This document shows, one piece after another, positions 25,653 through 36,955 of a DNA stretch of 64,000 nt. Source of the DNA: Octopus sinensis (taxonomy: Eukaryota); assembly GCF_006345805.1 (NCBI RefSeq), contig NC_043010.1, positions 28,024,001 through 28,088,000 on the forward strand, read 5' to 3'. A model generated the notes under the pieces. That model made no database searches, had not been told where the DNA came from, and saw only the letters and a program-made list of their open reading frames with translations. How positions within the stretch are numbered: the first letter of the stretch is position 1; every line of letters begins with the position of its first letter. The position numbers and the translations under genes were made by a program.

Positions 25653-27134
25653 CCAGCCTTATTTAACTTTATTTATATAATATTCTGCTCTATAATTCAG
25701 TGTGTGCTTCTTTTTCGATTTATGTTTTGCCGACGATATCTCTTATTATAAAAGGCAGATTTTATCTGCCTCCCTTTGTAAGTTATAGAAATCTACAATA
25801 TAGGATTTCTTCAATTACAATTTACCTAGCATTTTTAAGAGTAGAATGCATCGGGTCATGCCAGGTCCAGTTTTTAAAATTTAAACTCCAATTAAGCAAA
25901 ATTTACAGAAAACTCACATTCTGGTGTGTGTGTCAAATGCTTTTCTTAATGTGGTTTACACCACACGCACACGCACACACAGTGTGCAACGAATAAAATG
26001 AAAGTAAATAGCGACAGAGTGATTTGAGGAAGACTAAACTGAAAGTATTTAAACCACTACTCAAAAAATAAAAAAACACAGCAAACAGAAACAAATAAAT
26101 ACATAACGATTTACTCCTCACACAATTTCTTCAATTAGAGTGTACCCATGATTTTTCAGAGTACTTCAGTGGGTGATGCCATAAAAAATTTCTTTCAATT
26201 TTACCACCAATTAAGACAAAATTCGAGAAAACTCAATATTTTAACATTTCACTCCGAAAGCATTGATGTACATGTGTGCGTGCGTGAGTGTGTGTGTGTG
26301 TTTGATGGGTTGTGCGACACAGAAAGTGTGGTGTGTAAGTGAAGTGCTTTTGTTAGTGTGTGTAAAGAGACAGACAGAGTGAAAGACAGAAATAAGCGCG
26401 CGTAATTGAAAGTTTTCACTATGATATCATCACGTGCGAAAAAATTCGAAGGGTTTTGAACAATTGAGATACAGATGTCACGCCTGTATTGAAACCATTG
26501 CTAAGCTGCCGTAATTGCTTAATTAAGACTTTGTTTAAATTGAAAGGGGCAAATATGTGACGAGGTTGAAAAAAAATACCCCAGAAAAAAAATGTACTGC
26601 TGGTATTTATATAATTCACTACTATTTTGCTACAATGTCATGAAAAACAAAAAATTTAGGTATGTAAATCGAATTCGCCACTCCCTTTTCCCCGTTCGCG
26701 TTTGTGTAAAAAAAATTATTATTTAAGTTTTAAAAATTATTTACTTTGTTCAAAAAATATTAATATTAATTAATTTTCAAGAATTATTTAATTTTATTTT
26801 GTAAAATAGTAATTAATTCATTTATCTGTAAATCTGCGAGGTTGTTACTCAGGCACCTACAATGGTAACCTTCAACTAACACTATCTCCTCCGAGACCCT
26901 GCGGCGCAAGTTGACCAAAATTGAGAGTATGGTAGAAGAAGGGTTGCTCTTCCTTCCGTAGAACATAAAATTCAAATCGGACATCAAAAAGATGCTTTTT
27001 TCTATGAAAATCCCTATTTTTTACGATTTTTTCACTGCTGTCGCCACTTTTCGGTGTATTTTCAAAATTACAATTCCAGCGGGTCGAAACAAACCCGAGC
27101 AACGCCGGGCGATACTGCTAGTATGTATATATGT

Positions 27135-27438
27135 GGAGGTGCAATGGCCCAGTGGTCAGGGCAGCGGACTCGCAGTCGGAGGATCGCGCTTTCGATTCCC
27201 AGACCGGGCGTTGTGTGTGTTTATTGAGCGAAAACACCTAAAAGCTCCACAAGGCTCCGGCAGGGGGTGGTGGTCACCCCTGTTGTACTCCTTCGTCACA
27301 ACTTTCTCTCACTCTCTTTTCCTGTTTCTTGAGTAATGCTGTGATGGATTGGCATCCCGTCCAGCTGGCGGGGGGGACATTCACCACAGAAACCAGGAAA
27401 CCAGGCCCATGAGCCTGGCTAGGCTTGAAAAGGGCGAC
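27135..27438 (+). mobile_element. tRNA(Arg)-like SINE; related copies at 31704-32075 and 32137-32519
   Basis: Head GGAGGTGCAATGGCCCAGTGGTCAGGGCAGCGGACTCGCAGTC...TTCGATTCCC with A/B boxes. Confidence 0.75.
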
Positions 27439-27808
27439 ATTTATCATTTATATGTATATATACACACACACATAATAGATATATATCTGTATACATGTGT
27501 TTGTCCCTGTTTTGACATTGAGTGGTGGTTGTAAACGACCATCAGTCATTTCCAATCTTCATTGAGAAAAACATACCTGACCATTGGTGAGGGTTCAGGA
27601 CAGGAGCAGGTATCCAGTCGTTGAAATTTGTCTGGCCCATGCAAGCATGGACAAGTGGACATTAAAGCAGCTGTTATTAAACAGAAACAATCAGAGTGGA
27701 CAGCTACAAATCAACACTTGCAGGAAGAAAAAAAATGGGCTGGAAGAAAATTTCAGAGGGATGGCATCTTGGGAGAGGGTGGGGAGAAAGGATTAAAAAA
27801 AGACTCAC

Positions 27809-28002
27809 TGTTTCCGTTTGCGCGAGGGTAAATTGTCCATGATGCTATCTAAGAGTGCACAGTTGGTCGGTGGGTCGTCCATAATACAGATTGAGGAGTT
27901 GTTGAGGACATCCATCACTTGCAGAAACTGTTCTTGTATAAAACTGACCGGCCAACCATTTGAGGTCAAGAAAAGGAATGGTAAAACATTGTTTACTATT
28001 CT
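27809..28002 (-). CDS. TIR gene exon 5 (RIVNNVLPFLFLTSNGWPVSFIQEQFLQVMDVLNNSSICIMDDPPTNCALLDSIMDNLPSRKRK), end of beta-grasp repeat 2
   Basis: tttttgttttgacag| acceptor, ca|gtgagt donor, 194 nt, phase 0/2, matches the phase-2 start of exon 6. Confidence 0.88.
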
Positions 28003-28653
28003 CTGTCAAAACAAAAAGAGAAAACTTTATTAACAACTAAGAGAGGAAAGACAAAAACCCTAGAAATTAATCCCATAAGGAAATTATTATAATAAAACCC
28101 TGTTAATAATAGCAATATAATTAAGATGATGTGTGTGTGTGTATGTATGTGTGTTATTATTCAGTTTATTTCAAGATTTCTCGCCAATAGAGAAAGAACT
28201 GGTTTCTAACCTAGATCCAAGGTTCCTTCATTGGAATTTCAACATCAACAACAGGGTATGTATGAATGCATGCATGCATGTATGTATGTGCAGATGTGTA
28301 TGTTTTATGTATGTATTCTCATGCATATACCTGCATATCTAGACATGCTCATATATACGTCTAAATGATGAACTTCTGAAAATTTTTACAGATTTTTGTA
28401 TGTCTGTATATTTGTATAATGTAAATAGAGTCAAAATCCAAGCTGTATTCTCTCTCCAAACTAACTATACATAAACACTTCATCCAAATGCAAATTTTAA
28501 ATTATTTGGTTCTCTGAAGAATTTCTAGTTGAAGAATTCATACGTTTTTCTCCTATATGTACAATTTTGTAATTCTTATTAGCAAATGAAACATGTAAAT
28601 AAATAATACCAAATAATTTTTTCTAATCTCCTGTTTAAATATATATATATATA

Positions 28654-28830
28654 GGAAGAATTCACAAAAAAAACAAAAGATGAAGACAGGTGTTGTAGAC
28701 AACAAACAGAAGTGAAAAAGTCTTTAACGTCTCGAGCCTACGCTCTTCCACAGAAAGGAACACAGAAAGAAACAGGGAGAGAAAATAAAGAATGTGTAGT
28801 GGCTAGTGATCTATCATTGCAAATTGCTGA
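28654..28830 (-). mobile_element. Solo Penelope pLTR (same family as 2481-2712) with hammerhead-like motif
   Basis: Reverse complement reads ctttCTGTGGAAGAGCGTAGGCTCGAGACG...cacctgtcttcatcttttg. Confidence 0.8.
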
Positions 28831-29259
28831 GACTCCCTTCCATCATGACTGACCATGGGATTGCACCTAGAAAGTTATCCTCCGAGGCACAAGTCCGGGC
28901 AAAGTTGTTTATGGAAGACCAGTAGTCGCCCATGTATACCAGTCTCCTCCTCACGCCACCAGTGTTATCCAAGAGAAGGGTAAAGGCCAGTACAGCTTGG
29001 CACCTGTGACGTCGCAACTCATTTCTGCAGCTGAGTGAACTGGAGCAACATGAAATAAAGTGTCTTGCTCAAGAACAACACGCAGTCCAGTCCAGGATTC
29101 AAACTCACAACCTCACAATCGTAAGCTTGACACTCTAACCACTGAGCCATATGCCTTCACAACTCAGGAGAACCAATACACATGAATGCAAATGCAGACC
29201 TTGTATTAGAAGCAAGATAAATTCTAGAAATGAAAAAAGAGAGAAGAACCCATACGTAC

Positions 29260-29366
29260 CTGTTCAATTAGCAAATCTCGGAGTTTTAATAAAGGTAAAG
29301 TGTATTCTGCCAAAAGGTAACCTAAACCCTCACCTTTCTGGGTCATTATACCAATTCTGGGCATCC
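29260..29366 (-). CDS. TIR gene exon 4 (G-MPRIGIMTQKGEGLGYLLAEYTLPLLKLRDLLIEQ), start of beta-grasp repeat 2
   Basis: tctgtgtcttttag| acceptor, cag|gtacgt donor, 107 nt, phase 1/0. Confidence 0.88.
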
Positions 29367-29744
29367 CTAAAAGACACAGAAATCAAAATATGTTAACAAA
29401 ACACTTCCAAGTTTGACATTAGTGTTTTGTTTTTTAAGTCAATGCCATGGCCCAGCATGAGCACACTCCAATAACTGAACAAATGAAAGATAAAAGATAA
29501 TTATTTTTCACCGTTTCTGAATATTTGGAAAATTTATGCAAATTAACTGAGTGAAAAGTAATCAAGCCATAGAAGAAACATCTACAGGATGGTCACAGCC
29601 GGAATGGCTCTGATTGCAGGTCTGTTAGATCTGGGATTGCAGGTCTGTCACATCTGAGTAATACAGTCTTGGCTATAGTACAGACAAAAATTCTCATAAG
29701 GAAGAAGCTTTGACCACAGCTGACCATGGACTAAATAACAACAA

Positions 29745-30171
29745 TATTATTATTTACATTATTTACATTTGACGGATATTTATCCTCATCTTGTTTGTTG
29801 TTACCACAACGTTTTGGCTGATATACTCTCCAGCCTTCATCAGGTGTCCTGGTGGAATTTTGTACCACAAATAATAGACAGAGAATACCAATGGGAAATC
29901 TGAAAACTAAAAGAAGCAGCACATATATGCTAGGACACAACAACCTCTTAAGCAGACACAGTGAAGATATGAGTAGAATATGGGAACCAGTATTAAGGAA
30001 GGATACAAAAATATTAGGTTTATAAGCCCTAAAATTCACTATATAATTGGCCACAGGCATATAGCGTAATAGTTAAGAGCGTGGGCTACTAACCCCAATA
30101 TTCCAAATTCAATTCCAGGCAATGCCTTGAATAAAAAAATAAATAAATAATGATAATGATAATAATGACAC

Positions 30172-30211
<40 letters not shown>

Positions 30212-30362
30212 TCAGCAAAAAATATACCTTAGGAATGAGAACTCAGAGTTGGGTTAAAAATTCTACCAGGACACCTGATGAAGGCTGGAGAATAAACCAG
30301 CCGAAATGTGGTAACAATAAACAAGATGAGGACACATATCTGTTCAATGTAAATAAAGTACA
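29745..30362 (+). mobile_element. Penelope 3' end: inverted pLTR, GIY-YIG-type ORF tail, pLTR with hammerhead; interrupted by a tRNA-SINE/(AAT)n insert (30055-30245)
   Basis: IIDREYQW..KLKEAAH.MLGHNNLLSRHSEDMSRIWEPVL* (29867-30025); CTGATGAAGGCTGG..CCAGCCGAAA at 30275-30306; reverse-complement copy at 29745-29862. Confidence 0.75.
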
Positions 30363-30415
30363 GAATTCCTCATTTCTAAACCAACAATAATAACCCAATG
30401 CAATCGAGAACTTAC

Positions 30416-30504
30416 CAAAATATCTTTCAATATAAACACAAGCATCTTCTGAAATGATTTCTTCGATAGGAACATCTTTTTCTTGTTCAATTAATACTGG
30501 CCAT
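30416..30504 (-). CDS. TIR gene exon 3 (G-WPVLIEQEKDVPIEEIISEDACVYIERYF), end of beta-grasp repeat 1
   Basis: tcctctatttacag| acceptor, g|gtaagt donor, 89 nt, phase 2/1. Confidence 0.9.
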
Positions 30505-32789
30505 CTGTAAATAGAGGAAAGAGAGAGAGAGAGGGGTAATAGGGAAAGACTCATGTTGTGAATTGAGGGAATATGCTGCTTGCTGAGTTGCTAAGAGCAC
30601 CAGACAAACAGTCAAAGAGATCAGGAGTTTAAATCTTGTCAATGGCATTAAATCAAATCCAAAGGTATATTCTCAAGAAGCTGTTAGTAGCTTTTAAGTA
30701 GATGTACCTAGTGGTCAACTAGAGGTACCTAGCTCTGAAGTTGGGGTACCTAGCTTTGATGTAGAAGTACTTATACCATCATCATTTTCCATGCTTGCAG
30801 GAGTCGGGTGGAATTTGTTGAGGCAGACTTTCTTTCACCAAATACCTTTCCTGTTGCCATCTCTCACCTGTTTCCAAGCAAGGTAAATATTTCTCCAATG
30901 CCAAGCATGTTTTCCATGGGAGACAGGAAACAAATGACATCACTTGTATGACAGAAACACTTGTTTAGAACCATCATGTCAAGACAAGGACACACACACA
31001 TATGTATATGTGTATAAATATGTGTGCATATGTATGTGTATATACATACACACACACATTATGAGCTTTTGGTTTCAGTTAACCAAATTCACTCACAAAA
31101 CTTGTCAGCCAGTACATAACAAGCAACCATGCTGGCATCAGATAAAAAGCACCCAGTGCACTCTGTCAAGTGGGTAGTGTTATGAAGGGCATCCAGCCAA
31201 AGAAGCCATGACAAAACAGAGCTGGACCCTGATGCAACCCTCCAGCCAGCCACCTCCTATTAAACTGCCCAACCCAGAAAATGGATGTTAAACGATGATG
31301 GTGATGATTTTTTTTATTCATTTAGTCATTAGACTACGGCCATGCTGAAGCACTGCCTTGAGGGGTTTTAGTCAAATGAATTGACCCCAGCACTTATTTT
31401 ATTTAAAAGTTTGGTATTCATTCTATTGGTCTTTTCTGATGATTCACCAAGTTATGGGAATCTAAACAAACCAACACAAGTTATCAAGCGGTGGTGGTGG
31501 AGAATAAACACAGACACAAACCCACACACACACACACACATAACAAGCTTCTTTCAGTTTCCATCTACTAAGTCACCTTACATGGCTTTGGCTAGCCTGA
31601 GGCTAAAGTAGAAGATACTTGACCACAGTACTGAACAGTAGGACTGAACTCACCACAACCCACGCCTGTGCGTGTATTATATTACAAAAGTATTATATAT
31701 TAATGGCCCAGTGGTTAGGGCAGTGTACTCACAGTCATAGGATCGTGGTTTCAATTCCCAGACCGGGCATTGTGAGTGTTTATTGAGCGAAAACACCTAA
31801 AGCTCCATGTGGTTCTTGCAGTGGGTGGTGGTAAACCCTGCTGTATTCTTTCACCACAACTTTCTCTCACTCATACTTCCTGTTTCTGTTGTACCTGGAT
31901 TTCAAAGGGGCCAGCCTTGTCCCACTCTGTGTCATGCTGAATCTCTTTGAGAACTATGTTAAGGGTACACGTGTCTGTGGAGTGCTCAGCCACTTGCACG
32001 TTAATTTCTCAAGCAGGCTGCTCCATAGATCAAATCAATTGTAACCCTCGTTGTCATAACTGACGGAGTGCTGTAGTAGTACATATGTATATATAACATA
32101 CATATCTATATTGTACGTATATATTGTACATATGTAGAGGTGCAATAGCCTAGTGGTTAGAGCAGCAGGCTCACGGTCATAAGATCACGGTTTCAATTCC
32201 TAGACCGGGCATTGTGAGTGTTTATTGAGTAAAAACACTTAAAGCTCCATGTGGTTCTTGCAGGGGGGGGGGGGGGTGGCGAACCCTGCTGTATTCTTTC
32301 ACCACAACTTGATCTCACTCTTTCTTCCTGTTTCTGTTGTACCTGTATTTCAAAGGGACAGCCTTATCACACTCTGTGTCATGCTGAATCTCTCCAAGAA
32401 CTACGTTAAGGGTACACTTGTCTGTGGAGTACTCAGCCACTTGCACATTAATTTCACGAGCAGGCTGCTCCATTGATCGGATCAACTGGAACCCTCATCG
32501 TTGTAACCAACGGAGTGCCATGATCATAATTTATAGATTTTTATCAAGAAAACAACTCCTCAATAATCGAATAAGATTAAAAATTTATGAATGAAAACTG
32601 AATAATACAGAAACCAAGAAAAGTGAAAGAACAACATTTAAGGAAGTAAAAAAAGTGAAGGATTTAACTCATTTGATTCCAAATCACCAAAGACTACCTT
32701 GGTTCTATGATACAAAGTTCCTGCTTTAAAATGAGTGAAATTTAAATTATTGTCAGGTCACTCTTGAGTGCCACTGGTAACATGTAACC

Positions 32790-33290
32790 CAGTACAACCT
32801 GTTGCATGGTCAGGTCGTTGGCGACTAAACTGGTGACCTCCATCAAGCTTGCTTGGTGAGGAGGGTGATTGTTGGACACCCTGTGGGACAAAACATAAAA
32901 CCCGTCAAAGGGTAGAAGAACTATTGTGTAGTCAACAGCCAATTCAACAAGTAACTTGTCGCGGTGACGTCCCTGTGTGCTCCATTGACCAGGAGAGCTA
33001 TGCTGGAGGAAGAGAAACCTTCAGGCAGGTCTTACCAGGCCAAACAGGTCGAAGGGTAGGAGACAGAAAAATCAAAGCATCGGCAGCAGGGCGTGGATTT
33101 AGTTATCAGCAGGACCTAACAGATCAGATTCCTGGCTTTGAACTAACAGGATGTCATGCAGAGGATCTTGAATGCAAGACAATGGATGAGACCCTAATAT
33201 TCCTAGTTAAATGGAAACTGCAGGACCACATGGAGCAGTGCCCGTGACTCCTATAATATGTGCAACCGAAACCCCTGGAAAGGGGCAGCC
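32790..33290 (+). mobile_element. Probable LINE 5'-region fragment
   Basis: GC-richer non-coding block that resembles RTE 5' UTRs by recollection only; no intact ORF. Confidence 0.3.
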
Positions 33291-33814
33291 TATGGGAAGA
33301 CCTAGATGAGATTAAATTTTCCATCAAAATTTCTATTAGTTTATGTTCAAAGCACCAGCTTAGTAATTACAAGGTCATTTTATTAAATTCTTCCTTGTTT
33401 CCAAAATTAATCGAAACAAAAATAGTGTTATTCCAACAGGAACATGGTAACAAAAGGTTTTTAAATAATTTGTATAGAATATGAGGGTGTGTCTTATATA
33501 GTATTGAGTTGTTTGTCTTACATAACAACCATAGCAATATTGTTGATTTTGTCTGAGGATACTAAAAACAAAATAATAATAATAATAATAATGATAATAA
33601 TAAATTGTGTGAAATGATTCAGATATTGGAAGAAAAGGAAGATAATGAAAGCAAAGAAGAGTATAAACCAAATGAAGAAGATATACGTTAATGAATTAAC
33701 TCCCTTTGGTTTATATAATGCTACCATAGATTTATTATGCAAAATGGTCAACATAGAAAATAAGTTCTGGATCCTGGCAACCACTTTATTGGGAAAATAG
33801 ATAGTATATATAGA

Positions 33815-34040
33815 TATATTTCTTTATTGCCCACAAGGAGCTAAACATAGAGGGGACAAAGACAAACAAAGTGATTAAGTCGATTACATTGACCCCAGTG
33901 CGTAACTGGTACTTTATTTCTCGACCCCGAAAGGATGAAAGACAAAGTGGACCTCGGCGGAATTTGAACTCAGAACGTAACAGCAGACGAAATACCGCTA
34001 TGCATTTTGCCCAGCATGCTAACGTTTCTGCCAGCTCGCC
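33815..34040 (-). mobile_element. tRNA-derived SINE with a Deu/Nin-like central domain; copies near 19540-19760, 37198-37420 and 37430-37650
   Basis: gaggtccactttgtctttcatcctttcggggtcgagaaataaagtaccag core. Confidence 0.65.
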
Positions 34041-34678
34041 AGTATATATATCATCACCATCATTACTATTATTAATCATCATCATCATCATCGTTTAACG
34101 TCCGTTCTCCATGCTAGCATGGGTTGGACGGTTCGACTGGGGATCTGAGAAGCCAGAAGGCTGCACCAGGCTCCAGTTTGATCTGGCAGTGTTTCTACAG
34201 CTAGATGCCCTTCCTAACGCCAACCACTCCATGAGTGTAGTGGGTGCTTTTTACGTGCCACCTGCACAGGTGCCAGGTGAGGCTGGCAATGGCCACAATT
34301 GGATTGGTGCATTTTATGTGCCACCGGCACAGAAGCCAGTCAAGGCAATTATTATTATTTGATGTCTGTTTTCCATGCTGCCATGGGTTAGCAAGTTGAC
34401 CAGAGCTGGTAAGGTCAGGGGCCACACCAAGCTCCAACGGCTGCTCTGGCTGGTTTCTACAGCTGAATGCCCTCCCTAACGCCAAACACTCCACAGAGTG
34501 TATTAGGTGCTTTTTATGTGTCACAGCACCAATATTTTTGATGTGACACCAGCCATATGTGTGTGTGTGTGTGTGTGCGTGTCTGTGTGCACGCACAATG
34601 GAAATGAGATGGTGAATGTTCAATGCTGCAAACAAAAATCAAACAGCATTTCAACTCTGTTTGAGTGTGTGTGTGTGT

Positions 34679-34730
<52 letters not shown>

Positions 34731-35427
34731 CGTGTGTGCGCATGTGTGTGTGTGTACAAGGATAGTATGTGAATGTTTGTATGTGTGATTATGATGTACC
34801 TTATTTATATATAGAACACTACAATTTATGATGGCACAGGGTCAGCTAGTGTTGTAATAATTCTGCCAGTTCACCACCTTATTGAGCATAATCCTTTTGT
34901 TACCATTCGTCGGTTGCTTTTGTTTCAATTAATTTTGAAAATAATTAAGGATTTAGTAAAATAACTTGGTCATTATTTAAGTGTATGGAACAAATTAAAT
35001 TGAAATTTTGATGGACAGTATCACAGAACCAGAGCCTGTCTCAGGAGCACCAGTATCAAAGGATTTAAGTCATTTTCTGTAGTCAATATTCCCATACTCA
35101 TATTTACACCTTTATCTACTTCTAGCTTCTCCATTAAAAATGGCTATTTCATGTCTCTCAAAGTTTCTAAACTTTTATGATTTAAATAGTGTGTGTGTGT
35201 GTGTGTGGTGTGTGTGTGTGTGTGTGTGAACAAGCATAGCCTGGCGGTTAGGGTGTAGCACTAACAATTGCCGGATGATGGATTTGGTTCCTGAAGTGGG
35301 CAGCACATTGTGTTTTTGGCCAAAACACTTCATTTTATGCTGCTCCAGTCCAGTCAGCCATAAATTTCCTTGCAATGGAACAGCCTTGCTATTGTGGGGA
35401 ATGTTGGCCTGTTTGCTTAACCAACAG

Positions 35428-35610
35428 AACGGCATCACAGAGTTTCACTTGAACTGGAAGAAAGCCATGATTGTGCATGCATTAAGCCTTCAGTCAGAAA
35501 GTAAGCAATTTCCTGTTGTACATGCATTAGAAGTTTTAAACATTTTTTTTTCTATCACCTGACAATTTTTTTCTGCTTTTAACAGGAAAACCATCATGGC
35601 AGAAACCTAA
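35428..35610 (+). CDS. Possible antisense exon pair (35428-35500 and 35586-stop): RHHRVSLELEESHDCACIKPSVRK-KTIMAET*
   Basis: cttaaccaacag| acceptor, aa|gtaagc donor, 85-nt intron ending tttttttctgcttttaacag; no upstream exons found. Confidence 0.3.
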
Positions 35611-35947
35611 TGAACAGACATAACTGTGAGTACATAATAACTACAATGTAAATTAAGATTTTTTTTAACATATAAATTATGTACAATTTCAGTTTAAGAA
35701 GTGAAACCATATATCTCTGACTTGCTGAGCAATCTTGCTACCAGTTCCATCATTTGGAATGTAAATCCAAAAGTACTACCATGCTTGGCTTTGGTTTCAT
35801 GGCATTCATTGGCTGAGATAATAAATCTCACCCTTGCACTATGAAATCCCCACAGTGGATTTGAACTCAAGACCTAGGAATAGGCATCTCTTCAATGATT
35901 TCACTTGAACTTTGAAAATGAAGGAGTAGAGCAATGAGTAACAGACT

Positions 35948-36170
35948 TTAACTCTTTAGCCTTTAAATCAGCCATACCCAGCCCAAATATCCTATCTCTT
36001 TTATGTTCAAACTGGCCAGATCCCACCTATCACACCTACCCAACAATGTCATTCAAAAAATAAACTATCACATTATTGAAATCTCAAAGCTACATGGTAA
36101 CTCATAATTCAAAACAATGTGAATAAATAAGCATTACATTCGACAGAGTAATCTGAATGTTAAAGGGTTG
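35948..36170. mobile_element. Second TTAA-type MITE family; copies at 38720-38943 and 57270-57722
   Basis: ttaactctttagc...aatgttaaagggtt ends; shared internal ttatgttcaaactggccagat. Confidence 0.65.
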
Positions 36171-36193
36171 AAAGCTGAAAATAGAAAACTTAC

Positions 36194-36386
36194 CCTTTTC
36201 TGGTGCGGAAAGTAAAATTGGAAGGCAAATATTTCTGTAGCTGTCGGCTCAATTGTGTCCGTAAATTATTCACTGAGTGGCCAGCCAGCATAAACTCTGG
36301 CAAGGATACCACACCCAAGCAAAGGTTCGTAGGAGAACCCTGGACTAGCTTCACACCTAGGATACACCTACCGGTACGATGAGTCC
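36194..36386 (-). CDS. TIR gene exon 2 (G-THRTGRCILGVKLVQGSPTNLCLGVVSLPEFMLAGHSVNNLRTQLSRQLQKYLPSNFTFRTRK), beta-grasp repeat 1
   Basis: ttttttactgcag| acceptor, gg|gtaagt donor, 193 nt, phase 1/2; joining exon 3 makes FTFRTRKGWPV, parallel to FLFLTSNGWPV. Confidence 0.9.
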
Positions 36387-36489
36387 CTGCAGTAAAAAAT
36401 AGATAAGGGATAAAACTCATATTCAAAATAAAATACATTAGATAAAACAGAAATCAAATTTGTTTTTTAATTTTTTTTGTTGTTATTTT

Positions 36490-36955
36490 TCATCCACATT
36501 TCACTTTGACCCACACACTTGACAAACACTCCAATGCACTTTTTTACCAACACAATCTGACCAACACTTACACTCTTTTTGTGCTAGCTTGCTGCATTCA
36601 CTTAAGAAATGGTTAACATTATTATCTTCTTTTCCACAGATTCTGTGTTTGTTCTCTGACTTAGTTTTGTCAATTCTTGTTTTTATCAGAGTCATCTTAA
36701 TGGCTTCTTTCTGAGCAGCTATAATTAGTGACTCAGTTTCTTGCTTAATGTTTCCATGCATCAGTCACGGCTAGTATTCTTTACTTCCAGCATCCTCAGG
36801 TTGTTGCATGAATTGGCCATGTAAACCCTTCTCTTTTCAACTATTTGTCTTGACATTCTTTCTGTTCTTAAATTTGCCAACTGTTTTAGTGACCTTCTGG
36901 ATATTTCTGACCACAGATAGTATCCTTTCTTCAACATAGCTTTTCAAATCCAACA
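36490..36955 (-). mobile_element. Decayed non-LTR retrotransposon fragment of RLE type (R4/R2-superfamily C-terminus with degenerate CCHC knuckle)
   Basis: GNIKQETESLIIAAQ.EAI....IKTRIDKT.SE...RICGKED..VNHFLSECSKLAQ. Confidence 0.8.

Noticed and set aside
27135-27210. tRNA gene
   Set aside because: The tRNA-like head lacks a proper acceptor stem and continues into SINE body sequence that has other copies.
33522-33561. 40-nt minus-strand cassette with AG/GT ends in intron 2
   Set aside because: Would frameshift to an early stop, and the acceptor tract is partly an (ATT)n microsatellite. Could be a poison exon but nothing supports that.
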